Source of the DNA: Dehalococcoidia bacterium
GTDB lineage: Bacteria; Chloroflexota; Dehalococcoidia; SpSt-223
DNA: 64,000 nt
Direction of reading: 5' to 3'
NCBI GenBank assembly: GCA_025054935.1
Contig: JANWZD010000001.1
Coordinates: forward strand, 201,008 to 265,007
The stretch's first letter is position 1, and the number at the start of each line of letters is the position of its first letter. The position numbers and the translations under genes are program-made. The notes beneath the pieces were generated by a model. The model ran no database searches. It saw nothing but the letters and a program-made list of their open reading frames with translations, and was not told the origin of the DNA. Below, piece by piece: positions 8,512 to 18,001 of the stretch.

Positions 8512-8540
8512 ATTCTATCGGAACATCCTTTTCGTCTCAA
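8512..8540 (-). promoter_or_regulatory. sigma70-like promoter TTGAGA - 17 nt - TAGAAT driving the EF-G paralogue operon
   Basis: Minus strand reads ...tTTGAGAcgaaaaggatgttccgaTAGAATagcgca... Predicted TSS is about 8505, giving a roughly 90 nt leader to ATG 8415/8400. Confidence 0.4.
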
Positions 8541-8953
8541 AATCCGAGACCGAAGACGCGACGGATAGACGGGCGCGTCAGGAGGCCGATCGAGAGCAGC
8601 GCGTGCGCCATCGGGATGGGCGCCGGGGGGACAAGCACGCCAGCTGTCAGGAAGCTGACAAGGGTCGGCACTGTCGAAAGGCCGCCGATGAGCAGCGCCA
8701 ACGCGATCGACAGGGTCCTCCCCCACGGCCGGTAGGAAAGCACGCCGGCGCCGGCAACGACAAGCGCGCCGCCGGCAGCAAGGTAGAGAGGGGCGAGCGC
8801 GGGGGGCGGCGCATCGTCTGGCGGAGCGACGAGAGCGAGCGCTCCGCCAATCAGTGAGAGTGTGCCGAGAATGACATGCTCCCAGGCGAGGAGGCGCAGG
8901 AGGAACAGCCAGCCGGGTGGCGGCTGACGATCGGGAGAGAGGTCCGCGCTCAT
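8537..8953 (-). CDS. Hypothetical integral membrane protein (about 138 aa, 4 predicted TM helices)
   Basis: MSADLSPDRQPPPGWLFLLRLLAWEHVILGTLSLIGGALALVAPP...LLIGGLSTVPTLVSFLTAGVLV... is hydrophobic and helical. The ATG at 8953 is internal to ORF-track frame 8537..9136. Confidence 0.5.
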   Translation of the reverse strand: MSADLSPDRQPPPGWLFLLRLLAWEHVILGTLSLIGGALALVAPPDDAPPPALAPLYLAAGGALVVAGAGVLSYRPWGRTLSIALALLIGGLSTVPTLVSFLTAGVLVPPAPIPMAHALLSIGLLTRPSIRRVFGLGF

Positions 8954-9061
8954 ACGGAGAGTGTAGCGACATCCGCCGTCCGGTGTCGCCCCGCTCTCCG
9001 GTATGATTGACGGTGCGCGAGGGCGAGGCGGTGCGCAGCGTCTGGCCAGCGGGAGGGCGCG

Positions 9062-9718
9062 ATGTGTGGTCGCTATACACTCACAGCCGTGTCGCAACTG
9101 CGGGGCCGTTTTTCCCTTGACGACATGCCCGCGCACCTGCCGCAGCGGTTCAATATCGCCCCTTCGGAGCCGGCGCCGATCATCAGCCGGGCAGGCCGCA
9201 ATCAGCTCGAGATACTGCAGTGGGGAATCCAGCCGCGCTGGGCGAAGGAGCGAGCGGGAGGACGGCTGCTCATCAATGCGCGCGCCGAGTCGGTCGCCGA
9301 CTCTCGGCTGTTCGCCCCCGCCCTCCGCGCCCGTCGTGTCATCGTCCCTGCCACCGGCTGGTATGAGTGGAAAGAGACCCCCGCGGGGAAGCAGCCCTAC
9401 TACTTCCGCCGCAAGGACGGCGAGTTGGTAGGGTTTGCGGGCCTAGCGCTTGAGGAGCCTGAGGAGCGGGGCTTCGTCATCATCACTACGGAAGCGCCTC
9501 CGCACCTCCGCCAGGTCCACGATCGGATGCCGGCGGTCCTCCACCGCGAGGATGAGGATCCTTGGCTCGACCGGCACAACCGCGAGCCGGCTGATGTGCT
9601 GCCGCTCCTGCGGCCGTACGACGAGGAGCTGCTCGTCTGGTATCCTGTCTCACGAATGGTTAACCGCAGCGGCTACGACGACCCCCGCATGATCGAGCCC
9701 CTCCCCGCCAGTTCCTAG
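9062..9718 (+). CDS. SOS response-associated peptidase (SRAP/YedK/HMCES family; abasic-site DNA-protein crosslinking)
   Basis: Starts MCGRY with the catalytic Cys2. The rest of the sequence is SRAP-like (WGIQPRW, RLLINARAESV, PATGWYEW, DRMPAVL). Confidence 0.85.
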   Translation: MCGRYTLTAVSQLRGRFSLDDMPAHLPQRFNIAPSEPAPIISRAGRNQLEILQWGIQPRWAKERAGGRLLINARAESVADSRLFAPALRARRVIVPATGWYEWKETPAGKQPYYFRRKDGELVGFAGLALEEPEERGFVIITTEAPPHLRQVHDRMPAVLHREDEDPWLDRHNREPADVLPLLRPYDEELLVWYPVSRMVNRSGYDDPRMIEPLPASS

Positions 9719-9988
9719 GGGCGCACGGCAAGGTGTAGAGCCTCTCCTCTGCCGCTGGCGCTATTTGCGGGCAGCGCAGTCGGGGCAGATCCTGCCGAAC
9801 GGCGCGCAACCGGCCAGCTCCTGCAGCGTCGGCGCTCATCATCGGCAGGGCGGTCCGCGCCGCTCGGCGACATGCCGTGACGGTATCCTCTCGCAGTGCC
9901 TCCCTCCCCCTCTTCCGCAGCAGGGATTGGCTCGCCCTGCCGATGCTTGCTGCCGCTGGTTGTGCCGTCAGCAGAGGGCCAAGGGCGC

Positions 9989-11236
9989 TTAGATCACAAT
10001 GAACGGTACCCGCATTTCCGACGGCGTCAGCCCAGAGTGATGGGAGACAAGAGCGGCGAACCGGTCCACTTTTCCGGGGGCATATTCGATGACGTCGGTG
10101 CCGGTCGAGATGACGATCAGGTCGCCGAGGCGGGCGCGGGTGTGGCTGCTCAGCGGGCCGGGCCCAAACAGTTCGAGGCGCTCTGCTTCGTCAGTTGAAA
10201 TCACCAAGAATCGCGAGCCGTAATGGTGATGGAACCAAGCCCGCACCCGGTCAGCCGCTCCATCGCGGACATGGAGGTAGAGCACCCGGCTATCGCCTGA
10301 GGGAGGAAAGCGCAGAGCTTCGAAAAGGCCGGCGGACGGCCGCAGATAGTGGCGGGCCGTCACCGGCGTGTCGAGGAGACCGTGGTCGGCCGTGATCACG
10401 ATCCGGCTCCGACCGTTGAGGCTGCGTGCGAGCCGTTCGACCTGACGGCTCAGTTCGGCGATGGCGGTTCCGACCATCGGATGAAAGACCCCGTGGTAAT
10501 GCGCTTCGAGATCGATCTGGGGCGCGTAGAGATAGCTGTAGGTTGGTTCGCACGCTCGGGCGATGCGGTCGACCAGAAAATCGACTGCATCGGTCAGCGC
10601 CCGATAGCCGCCGCGAACTCGCTCTCCCGTGAAGTAGGCAGATGAGACACTGTTGACCAAGTTGTCGGGGAAAAGCGCGATGGTGTCCCGCCGCAGCGCC
10701 GCATAGACCGATGGAATTGGAAACGCTTGAGAGACGGTAATCCCGAGACTGGCGAGGGAGCGGCCGCCCGCGCGGGTCGCGAACTGAAGGAGCCCCGCTG
10801 CCGCCTCCGCCTCGGGCAGGTGGGTCCATTGCCCGGTCACGCCGTGGAGGTTGGGCCAGGTGCCGGTCGCAAGCGAGGTGAGCGCCACCGAGGAGGTGGA
10901 GGGGAAGACAGTCCGCAGTTCGTCGACGACTGCTGCGGCGAGAATGTTGTCCCGCGGCAGCCGCTCCACCAGGTTCATCCCGAGCCCATCCGCTAGAATG
11001 AAAATCAAATGATCCGGGTCGCCAATGAGGGCGGCGAGCTTACGCGCGGTCGGGGTCAGGTCAACGGTGTCGGCTCCGGCGACGTGAGCCAGCGCCCGCG
11101 AAAGGTCAACGATGTTCGGGGACGCGGCGCTGGGGCGCAGCAGAGACCCTTCCTCAAATCGTCGCAGCAGCCGGTGGACATCAGTCTGGTCGGTCAGTTT
11201 GGCGTTCCCCCCTCGGTCAGATCTCAGGTGCGACAT
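9989..11236 (-). CDS. Alkaline phosphatase superfamily protein (type I phosphodiesterase/nucleotide pyrophosphatase-like)
   Basis: LIFILADGLGMN, STSSVALTSLATG and IVITADHGL are the metal-binding/nucleophile motifs of the AP/NPP family. The start is uncertain; the gene lies only 23 nt from the divergent GTG of the next gene. Confidence 0.75.
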   Translation of the reverse strand: MSHLRSDRGGNAKLTDQTDVHRLLRRFEEGSLLRPSAASPNIVDLSRALAHVAGADTVDLTPTARKLAALIGDPDHLIFILADGLGMNLVERLPRDNILAAAVVDELRTVFPSTSSVALTSLATGTWPNLHGVTGQWTHLPEAEAAAGLLQFATRAGGRSLASLGITVSQAFPIPSVYAALRRDTIALFPDNLVNSVSSAYFTGERVRGGYRALTDAVDFLVDRIARACEPTYSYLYAPQIDLEAHYHGVFHPMVGTAIAELSRQVERLARSLNGRSRIVITADHGLLDTPVTARHYLRPSAGLFEALRFPPSGDSRVLYLHVRDGAADRVRAWFHHHYGSRFLVISTDEAERLELFGPGPLSSHTRARLGDLIVISTGTDVIEYAPGKVDRFAALVSHHSGLTPSEMRVPFIVI

Positions 11237-11259
11237 AATCCTAGCGCAGCGAGGGCGCA

Positions 11260-13422
11260 GTGCTAGCAGCGTTCACGCTCGACGATCTCGCCGCCCAGCT
11301 TGGAGAAGAGTACTGCACGTTGCCGGAGGCCGACCGCCGACGTCACCTTGAACTGCTGCGCGAGGTGCGTCGCCCTGATGCCGTTGCACTCGACGTAACG
11401 CCGCTCGGCGAGAACCGCTGGCGGGTGACAGTCTGTATGGCAGATGCGCTCGGCGCGCTCTCGGTGCTGGCCGGACTGTTTACCGCGCTCCGCTTAGATA
11501 TCGTTCGCGCGGATATTTACACCGTTCGGGTTCCTGTGCGCCAGACGGGAAAGCGGCCCCTCTTTCGCCGGGGAACGAGTGAACTTCCTGAGCCCTCGCG
11601 CCGACTGCTCGATATCTTTGAGGTGCGCGACCTCGCGGCTCGCTCCAACGCGCTGTGGGAGGAGTTTGCCGCCGAACTGCGCCGCCTCGTCGCTGCCCGG
11701 GTTGCGGGAGCGTGGGAGAATGCGCGGGCCGATCTTATCGACCGGGTGAGCGCGGTCTTCCGCGAGGCAGAGCCAGGGTCGGTGCGGGTGCGGCCCGTAC
11801 AGATCGACGTGGCCAACGACCCGGGGGTCCCCCTCACCCGGGTGACGGTCCGTTCTGCCGACAACCTCGGCTTTCTCTTTGCCTTCACCAACGCGCTCGC
11901 CGGGATCACCGTGAATATCGAACGCGCGACGGTCCGGACCGATGCCGGCGAGGCGGTCGACACCTTCTGGGTGACCGATGTTGCCGGTCGGCAGATCACC
12001 TCGCCGGAGCAGCTCCGTGAACTGCGGGTGGCCACCGCCCTCATTAAGCAGTTCACCGACCTGCTTCCGCACTCGCCGGACCCGGCGCAGGCGCTTCACC
12101 AGTTCAGCGCCCTCATCCAGCAGATGCTCTCGCGTCCGCAGTGGACGAACGAGCTCGCCGACCTCGAGTCGCCGGCTGTCCTCGAGACCCTCGCCGAGCT
12201 GATGGGAGTCAGCCGCTTTCTCTGGGAGGACTTTCTCCGGCTCCAGCATGAGAACCTCTTTCCGGTGCTGCTCGACCTCGGCGGACTGAGCCGGTCCATC
12301 ACCCGCGACCAGCTTGAGCAGCGGCTGAACAGCGTGCTCGCCCCGCTTGCCAGCCGCGCCGAGCGGGTCGACGCTCTGAATGCCTTTAAGGACCGCGAGA
12401 TGTTCCGGATCGATCTCCGGCACATCACCGGCCGCAGCACCTTTCAGACCTTTTCCCGCGAGTTGACTGACCTCGCCGAGCTCGTGATCGACACCGCTGT
12501 TCGCCTCAGCTACGACGAACTTGTTCTCCGCCACGGCGAGCCGCGCAGCGGGAGCGGCCGGTGCGGCTGGGCGGTCGGCGGGCTGGGCAAGTTTGGCGGC
12601 CAAGAGCTCGGGTTTGGCTCCGACCTTGAGCTTGTGCTGGTCTTTGAGGAGGAGGGCGAGACCGCAGGGCCAGAGGTGGTGCGCAACTCGCAGTTCTTTG
12701 CCCAGCTCGTTCTCTCGTTGAAAGAGCACGTGCGCGCTCGAGAGCAAGGGATCTTTCAGCTCGACCTCCGCCTCCGTCCCCACGGCGAGGCTGGCGCACT
12801 TGCCTCCTCCCTTGAGGGATACGCGGCCTACTACACTCCGGGCGGAGGCGCAGAGCAGTTCGAGCGGCTCGCGCTCGTTCGCTTGCGGCCGGTAGCAGGC
12901 GACCGGTCGGTCGGCGAGCGCATGCTCGCTATTCGGGATGCCTTCGTCTATGCCGACCGCCCGCTTGATTTTGACAACATTCTTCACCTTCGCCACCGTC
13001 AAGCCACCGAGCTGGTTCCCCGAGGGCGGCTCAACGCGAAGTACAGTCACGGCGGGCTGGTCGATATTGAGTACTACGTTCAGGCATGGCAGATCGGCGC
13101 CGGCCGAACCGACCACTCCGTTCGCGTCACGAACACCCTGCTCGCCACAGAGCGGCTGCGCGCCGGCGGCCATCTTCCTGAGCTCCTTGTCGAGGAGCTC
13201 CAGTCGACCTACAGCTTCCTGCGGCGCCTGATCGATGCGCTCCGTGTCGTCCGCGGCAATGCCAAGGACCTGACCATCCCCGAGGAGCGGTCGCGCGAGC
13301 TCGCCTATCTTGCCCACCGGCTTGGAATTGCCGAGCCGTCTCTCCTGCTCACCGCTATCCGTGACCGGATGGCATTTGCGTCTCGCCTGTGGCAAGGGCC
13401 GCTTCCGCGATGGGACAACTGA
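11260..13422 (+). CDS. GlnE/GlnD-family nucleotidyltransferase with two N-terminal ACT domains (putative glutamine-synthetase adenylyltransferase-like regulator)
   Basis: NTase signature GWAVGGLGKFGGQELGFGSDLELVLVFEEEG. It is followed by a GlnE-type helical domain (LDLRLRPHGEAGALASSLEGYAAYY...FERLALVRLRPVAGD). Two ACT-like segments at the N-terminus (RVTVCMADALGALSVLAGLF...; RVTVRSADNLGFLFAFTNALAGITVNI). GTG start with a GAGGG SD. Confidence 0.8.
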   Translation: MLAAFTLDDLAAQLGEEYCTLPEADRRRHLELLREVRRPDAVALDVTPLGENRWRVTVCMADALGALSVLAGLFTALRLDIVRADIYTVRVPVRQTGKRPLFRRGTSELPEPSRRLLDIFEVRDLAARSNALWEEFAAELRRLVAARVAGAWENARADLIDRVSAVFREAEPGSVRVRPVQIDVANDPGVPLTRVTVRSADNLGFLFAFTNALAGITVNIERATVRTDAGEAVDTFWVTDVAGRQITSPEQLRELRVATALIKQFTDLLPHSPDPAQALHQFSALIQQMLSRPQWTNELADLESPAVLETLAELMGVSRFLWEDFLRLQHENLFPVLLDLGGLSRSITRDQLEQRLNSVLAPLASRAERVDALNAFKDREMFRIDLRHITGRSTFQTFSRELTDLAELVIDTAVRLSYDELVLRHGEPRSGSGRCGWAVGGLGKFGGQELGFGSDLELVLVFEEEGETAGPEVVRNSQFFAQLVLSLKEHVRAREQGIFQLDLRLRPHGEAGALASSLEGYAAYYTPGGGAEQFERLALVRLRPVAGDRSVGERMLAIRDAFVYADRPLDFDNILHLRHRQATELVPRGRLNAKYSHGGLVDIEYYVQAWQIGAGRTDHSVRVTNTLLATERLRAGGHLPELLVEELQSTYSFLRRLIDALRVVRGNAKDLTIPEERSRELAYLAHRLGIAEPSLLLTAIRDRMAFASRLWQGPLPRWDN

Positions 13423-13477
13423 GCCGCACGTCGTCGCGCGCTCTTCTTCGGCGGCACGGGAGCGCACGATCGTAGCG

Positions 13478-15169
13478 TCATCGCCGGCGAATGCTCGCCC
13501 CCGCGCCCTGATGCCCGCGCTCCATTCGCGGGTCGCGTTGGTTCGGGTCGATTTTGACGGCGATGAAAACGGGGCCGTCGATCGTGCCGAGCCCTGCTAA
13601 AACCCGGCGATACTCCTCTGCGCTGGCAACATTGAAGGCACGGCATCCCATCGCCGCGGCAATTGCCGCAAAGTCGGGGTTGTCGAAGTCGCTCAGGAAG
13701 GTCGGCTCGCCGCGCGTCTGGAAGAGAACGCGCTCCGCGCCGTAGCCGCCGTCGTCTTCGCAGATCACCAGAAGCGGAATGCGCTGTCGGGCGGCGCTTT
13801 CGAGTTCTGCCACTGTCATCATCAGGCCGCCGTCGCCGATGAAGAGGACAGTCAGCCGGTCGGGCCGGCCGACTGCCGCGCCGATCGCCTCCGGAAGCGC
13901 TGTGCCGATGGCGCCCAGTCGCCACGGGAAGAGCAGGTCATCGGGATGGGGCGTCCGCAGGTGCGCGGCGGGCAGGCCCATGAAGTGACCGATGTCGACG
14001 ACGAGCAACCGATTAGCCGGTAGCAGCTCGTCGGCGATCTGCACCACGAGCCGCCGGTCGAGGTAGCCGGGCGATCCCGCGAAGGAGCCTTCGCGCCAGG
14101 GGTCGATTGCCGCGATCCGCAGCGCCAATTCTTCGCTGCGCCAGCCTCGGCGCGCGCCCGGCCCGAGCGCCTCGGCCAGAGCGTGCGCCGTTGCGCGGGC
14201 GTCGGCGATGATGGCGCGGTCGACCCGCGTTATCGCGCCGATAGCAGCCGGGTCGGTGTCGATCTGGACAAGCGTTGCCTCCGGAAAGAGACGTCCAGCG
14301 TCGAGCGTGTAGTGCGTGAGCGCTGCCCCAAACGCGAGCACGAGGTCGGACTCGTTGAGAATGGCGCGAGCGTCTTCGGGAGCAAACCCGCCGGCCAGCC
14401 CCACGTTAAAGGGATGCCCGTCGAACCAGCCGCGGGCGAATAACGTCGTCGAAAGCACCGCTCCGATCCGGTCGGCGAGGGCGATCAAGGCGTCGCGAGC
14501 GCCGGCGCGGATGGCGCCGCGGCCGGCAAGGATGACGGGACGCTCGCTGCGTTCCGCCAGCTGGGCCACCTCGGCAACGAGCCGAGGGTCGGGGAGCGGA
14601 GCTTGCCGCTCCGGCAGCACTCGCTCCGCCGGCTCATAGCGCCAGCCCGCAGGCAGCGGCTGCTCAGCGACGTCATAGCTGAGCTGGAGCACAATCGGCC
14701 CCTGCCCGAGACGGGCGTGGCGGAAGGCGAGCTGAATCTCTTCGGCGGCGGTGGCGGGGGTTGAGATCGGCTGGAGCGCCCCGGCGGTTGCGAGGATGAT
14801 CGGGGGCTGGTCGATGTCCATGTTCCCGAGTCGGCTGCCGGCGGGCTTATCCGCGGCGATGACGACGAGAGGCGTCCGCGACAGCCGCGCCGCGGTAAGG
14901 GCGGTGGCCGCATTTGTCAGCCCGGGGCCTTGGGCGACCACGGCGACCCCCACTCGCCCCGTCGCGCGCGCGTAGCCGTCGGCCATGTGAACCGCCCCTT
15001 GCTCATGCCGCGCCGCAATGTATCGCCGGCGGTGGCGTGTCACCCAGTCGAGCATCATCCGGTCGATGACAGCTCCGACGACGCCGAAGACCACCTCGAC
15101 GCCTTCCGCCGCAAGCGCATCTGTCACGCCGTGGATGACCTGAAACGAGGCCTGCTCATCGCCGCTCAT
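13478..15169 (-). CDS. Thiamine pyrophosphate-dependent enzyme (acetolactate synthase/benzoylformate decarboxylase family)
   Basis: Three-domain TPP-enzyme layout, with an N-terminal Pyr domain (HEQGAVHMADGYARATGRVGV) and a C-terminal TPP-binding motif (LFIGDGGLMMTVAELESA). Confidence 0.8.
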   Translation of the reverse strand: MSGDEQASFQVIHGVTDALAAEGVEVVFGVVGAVIDRMMLDWVTRHRRRYIAARHEQGAVHMADGYARATGRVGVAVVAQGPGLTNAATALTAARLSRTPLVVIAADKPAGSRLGNMDIDQPPIILATAGALQPISTPATAAEEIQLAFRHARLGQGPIVLQLSYDVAEQPLPAGWRYEPAERVLPERQAPLPDPRLVAEVAQLAERSERPVILAGRGAIRAGARDALIALADRIGAVLSTTLFARGWFDGHPFNVGLAGGFAPEDARAILNESDLVLAFGAALTHYTLDAGRLFPEATLVQIDTDPAAIGAITRVDRAIIADARATAHALAEALGPGARRGWRSEELALRIAAIDPWREGSFAGSPGYLDRRLVVQIADELLPANRLLVVDIGHFMGLPAAHLRTPHPDDLLFPWRLGAIGTALPEAIGAAVGRPDRLTVLFIGDGGLMMTVAELESAARQRIPLLVICEDDGGYGAERVLFQTRGEPTFLSDFDNPDFAAIAAAMGCRAFNVASAEEYRRVLAGLGTIDGPVFIAVKIDPNQRDPRMERGHQGAGASIRRR

Positions 15170-15322
15170 CCGTCCGCCCTCCGAACGTTGCTCGGTCCAG
15201 CATACACGGTGCTGCCGAGGCAGGGTTCACGCACCTGGTTGCGTTCTGCACCTAACCAAGCGCAGAATTTGCCCGTCTCGCGGTGCGCGACGGCGGGCCG
15301 GAGCGAGGCGAGTGAGGGGAAC

Positions 15323-17278
15323 GTGCAGGTCAAGACGGCGCTCGCAGCAAGCATGCTCATGCTGGCGGGAAGCGCCCTTTTTTTGCTTGGGGTCGTCGCC
15401 GCGGTCGTGATCGCGGAAGGGCGAGGCGCGCCGCTCGAAGAGCGGTTCTTCGAACTCCCGCTTCTGCCGACTGCCTCCCCAACCGCGACGGCGACGCAAG
15501 TCCGGCCCTCGCCGACGGCAACAGCGCCGCCTCCCCCGGCTTCCCAGCTCTATTTCCGCTGTAACGACGGCACGCTGCTCATCGGCACAAGCCGGGTCGG
15601 CGCCTGTGAAGGACGCGGCGGAATTGCCCAAGTGTCCGATGTGCCATTTTCCGCCGAGAGCCCGGTGCCTGCCTTGATCCCGCCGCTGCTGGCTACTCCT
15701 CCCGCTGAGACCGGCGCTCCCAGCACTCCCACGCCGACCCCGACGACCTTCACCTCTTTCGCTCCCGCGTTGCCGAATGCTCCCCGGGAAGCTGCGCAGC
15801 CGTCTCCCACCCCAACCCCAGAAGCGACCCCAGAGCCGACCGCAACGGCCACGCCGACCCCTCGCGCAGAGCCGACGCCGACCCCAACCCCGCTCCCTGC
15901 CCCAACGGTCACTGTCGTTCCAGCCGACCAGCAGCCTCGGCTGCCGCCGGGCGCGCCAGCCAGCCGCTCCACCCTCGCCGGGCTGTGGCACGCGCCGGTC
16001 GAAGATGATGTCTTTCTCGGACGACTGGAGGAGAGCGGCGCAGGATGGGTGCGCATCTTTCTGAGGTGGGAGCGTATCGAGCCGGTTGAAACGACGCCGC
16101 CGTCGTACGACTGGGCAGCGAGCGACCAGGCGCTTCGATTCGTGCGCGAGCGCGGGCTTCAGCCTCTCGTCACCATCGTTGATCCGCCGTCATGGGCAGC
16201 ATTTCCGACCTGTGGTCCCTTCCGGACTGAGGCGGCGCGGGACCGCTGGCTGCGGTTCGTCCGCGCGGCGGTCGAACGCTACTCGCGGCTTCCCTACGCC
16301 GTTCGCTATTGGGCGCTCTACGACGAGCCGGATTTCCGCATCCAGAACCCGAACGACAAGTTCGGGGGAGGCGCGGGCGGCGGCTGCTGGGGCAGCCATC
16401 CAGCCGACTACGGCGCGATGCTGCGGGCAACCTACCCTGTCATCAAGGCCGCGGACCCTGCGGCGCTCGTTGTGCTCGGACCGCTCGCTGCTGATGGCTG
16501 CGAGCCGACCTACAACTGCGAGTTCTTGCGTGAGGTCCTCGACCCGGCGAAGGGAAACGCGGGCGCAAGCTTCGATGTGGCGGCGTTCAATTACTTTCCC
16601 GTGTACCGCCGCGGCTGGGAGCGGTTTGGTGCCTCATTGCTTGGGAAAGCGGAAGGCATCCGGCGCACGATGGCCGAGTTCGGGGTCTCGAAACCGGTGC
16701 TGGTCGCCAAAACAGGCATTCTGCTCGACGGCAGCGAGGCGGCAAGGGCGCAAGCGAATTACGTCGCTCAGGCGCTTACGCTCGGCTTGGCCGACGCGGG
16801 CCGCCCTGACGGCCTCGGGACGCAGGCGGTCATCTGGTTCTCGCTTCGGGATAGCGATGACCCCAACGACCGGTGGGGGCTGGTTGATGCCTCGGGAAAC
16901 CCGAAAGAGTCGTTCTTGGTCTTCCAGGCATGGGTCAAGGAGATGACGGGGCTGCGCTTCGCCCGGAATGAGAGCGAGCCGACCTACGGCAGCGGCCCGG
17001 CGACGCCCTGCGACAGCGGCCCCTATCGATGCGACGCGCTTCAGAAATATGTCTTCGCCGCCGGAGACCGGGAGAAATGGGTGCTCTGGGTTGACGCCGG
17101 TCCCCATCGCCAGCCCGACCGGTTCACCACCACCGCAACGCGGGTTGTCGAGGTGCCTGCTTCCCGGGTGATCGCGCTGCGCAATCGCACCGGCGACCCT
17201 CTTCCCTATGAAGTCGTCCAAGATCAGGCGCGCATTGTGGTGGGAGAGAGCCCGCTCTATCTGACGCTCCGCCGCTAG
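15323..17278 (+). CDS. Membrane-anchored glycoside hydrolase-like protein (GH5/GH39-type TIM-barrel) with an N-terminal Cys-containing DUF3761-like module and a Pro/Thr-rich linker
   Basis: GTG 15323 with a GAGGGG SD. N-terminal TM anchor (ALAASMLMLAGSALFLLGVVAAVVIA). YFRCNDGTLLIGTSRVGACEGRGG module. A roughly 90 aa PT-rich linker. The catalytic domain carries WALYDEPDF and GH-like motifs. Upstream ORF-track residues (from 14930) are antisense to the TPP gene. Confidence 0.7.
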   Translation: MQVKTALAASMLMLAGSALFLLGVVAAVVIAEGRGAPLEERFFELPLLPTASPTATATQVRPSPTATAPPPPASQLYFRCNDGTLLIGTSRVGACEGRGGIAQVSDVPFSAESPVPALIPPLLATPPAETGAPSTPTPTPTTFTSFAPALPNAPREAAQPSPTPTPEATPEPTATATPTPRAEPTPTPTPLPAPTVTVVPADQQPRLPPGAPASRSTLAGLWHAPVEDDVFLGRLEESGAGWVRIFLRWERIEPVETTPPSYDWAASDQALRFVRERGLQPLVTIVDPPSWAAFPTCGPFRTEAARDRWLRFVRAAVERYSRLPYAVRYWALYDEPDFRIQNPNDKFGGGAGGGCWGSHPADYGAMLRATYPVIKAADPAALVVLGPLAADGCEPTYNCEFLREVLDPAKGNAGASFDVAAFNYFPVYRRGWERFGASLLGKAEGIRRTMAEFGVSKPVLVAKTGILLDGSEAARAQANYVAQALTLGLADAGRPDGLGTQAVIWFSLRDSDDPNDRWGLVDASGNPKESFLVFQAWVKEMTGLRFARNESEPTYGSGPATPCDSGPYRCDALQKYVFAAGDREKWVLWVDAGPHRQPDRFTTTATRVVEVPASRVIALRNRTGDPLPYEVVQDQARIVVGESPLYLTLRR

Positions 17279-17453
17279 GACGGGTGCGAGGCAGCCGCGG
17301 CAGCTGGGCCCGCAGGCCTAGCGCGGCTCCCCGAGTCCGATCATGGGCTCGGCACGGGAAAGTCGGCGCAACCGGGACACAACTCCTTGTTTCGACCCTT
17401 GCGGGTCAGGTATTTCACAACCACGCCAAGCGTCGTCTCATCGGGAGTGTTGG

Positions 17454-17993
17454 ATGCCTGTGGTCGAAGCGAAGCCGACGGTCGACGCCGCCTCGCCGAT
17501 CGTCCGGCTGACGGCTGACCTCCGCCGCAGCACAATTGCAGCCTGCGAAGATGAACGCGGCCGCCCGTACGTTCTCGTCACTGCGGAACCGCTGCGCTTC
17601 GACCGTGAGCATCTGCTCGCTGAGGCAGACAGCAACTTTGGCTTCTGTCTTGTCATTCGCCTCACGGGGCACGCGCCGGCGATTGGGATCCTCCGCCAAA
17701 CCGAGCGCGGCTTTCGCGAATATTGGCGCACCCTTGCGCCAAGCGCGCGGGCACTGCTCCGGCGGCTTCAGACTGCGGTCGAAGAGGCCGAGACGGTCCC
17801 GGTCTTCTGGCGAACGGCAGATGACACCGTCGTTGAGTTTCACCTCGGCGGCTATAACCGCCAGCACCGTGTCTGGTACAGTCGGCTCGACGCCGTGGAC
17901 CCGGAGGCGCCGCTCTTTCTCCTCTGTCCGCCGACCCCCGACGAGCCGGAGCGCCGCCCGCTCCGCTACGGCAGTCCAGCGCCGCGCCGGTAG
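17454..17993 (+). CDS. Hypothetical protein (about 180 aa)
   Basis: ATG 17454 preceded by a GGAGTG SD. Protein-like composition. I recognise no family. The upstream part of the ORF-track frame is Ser/Arg-rich junk. Confidence 0.45.
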   Translation: MPVVEAKPTVDAASPIVRLTADLRRSTIAACEDERGRPYVLVTAEPLRFDREHLLAEADSNFGFCLVIRLTGHAPAIGILRQTERGFREYWRTLAPSARALLRRLQTAVEEAETVPVFWRTADDTVVEFHLGGYNRQHRVWYSRLDAVDPEAPLFLLCPPTPDEPERRPLRYGSPAPRR

Positions 17994-18001
17994 GCGGGCC
18001 C

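Noticed and set aside
11494-13467. 657 aa - strand ORF
   Set aside because: Antisense to the GlnE-like gene. No recognisable motifs; high Gly/Arg/Glu content typical of GC-rich shadow frames.
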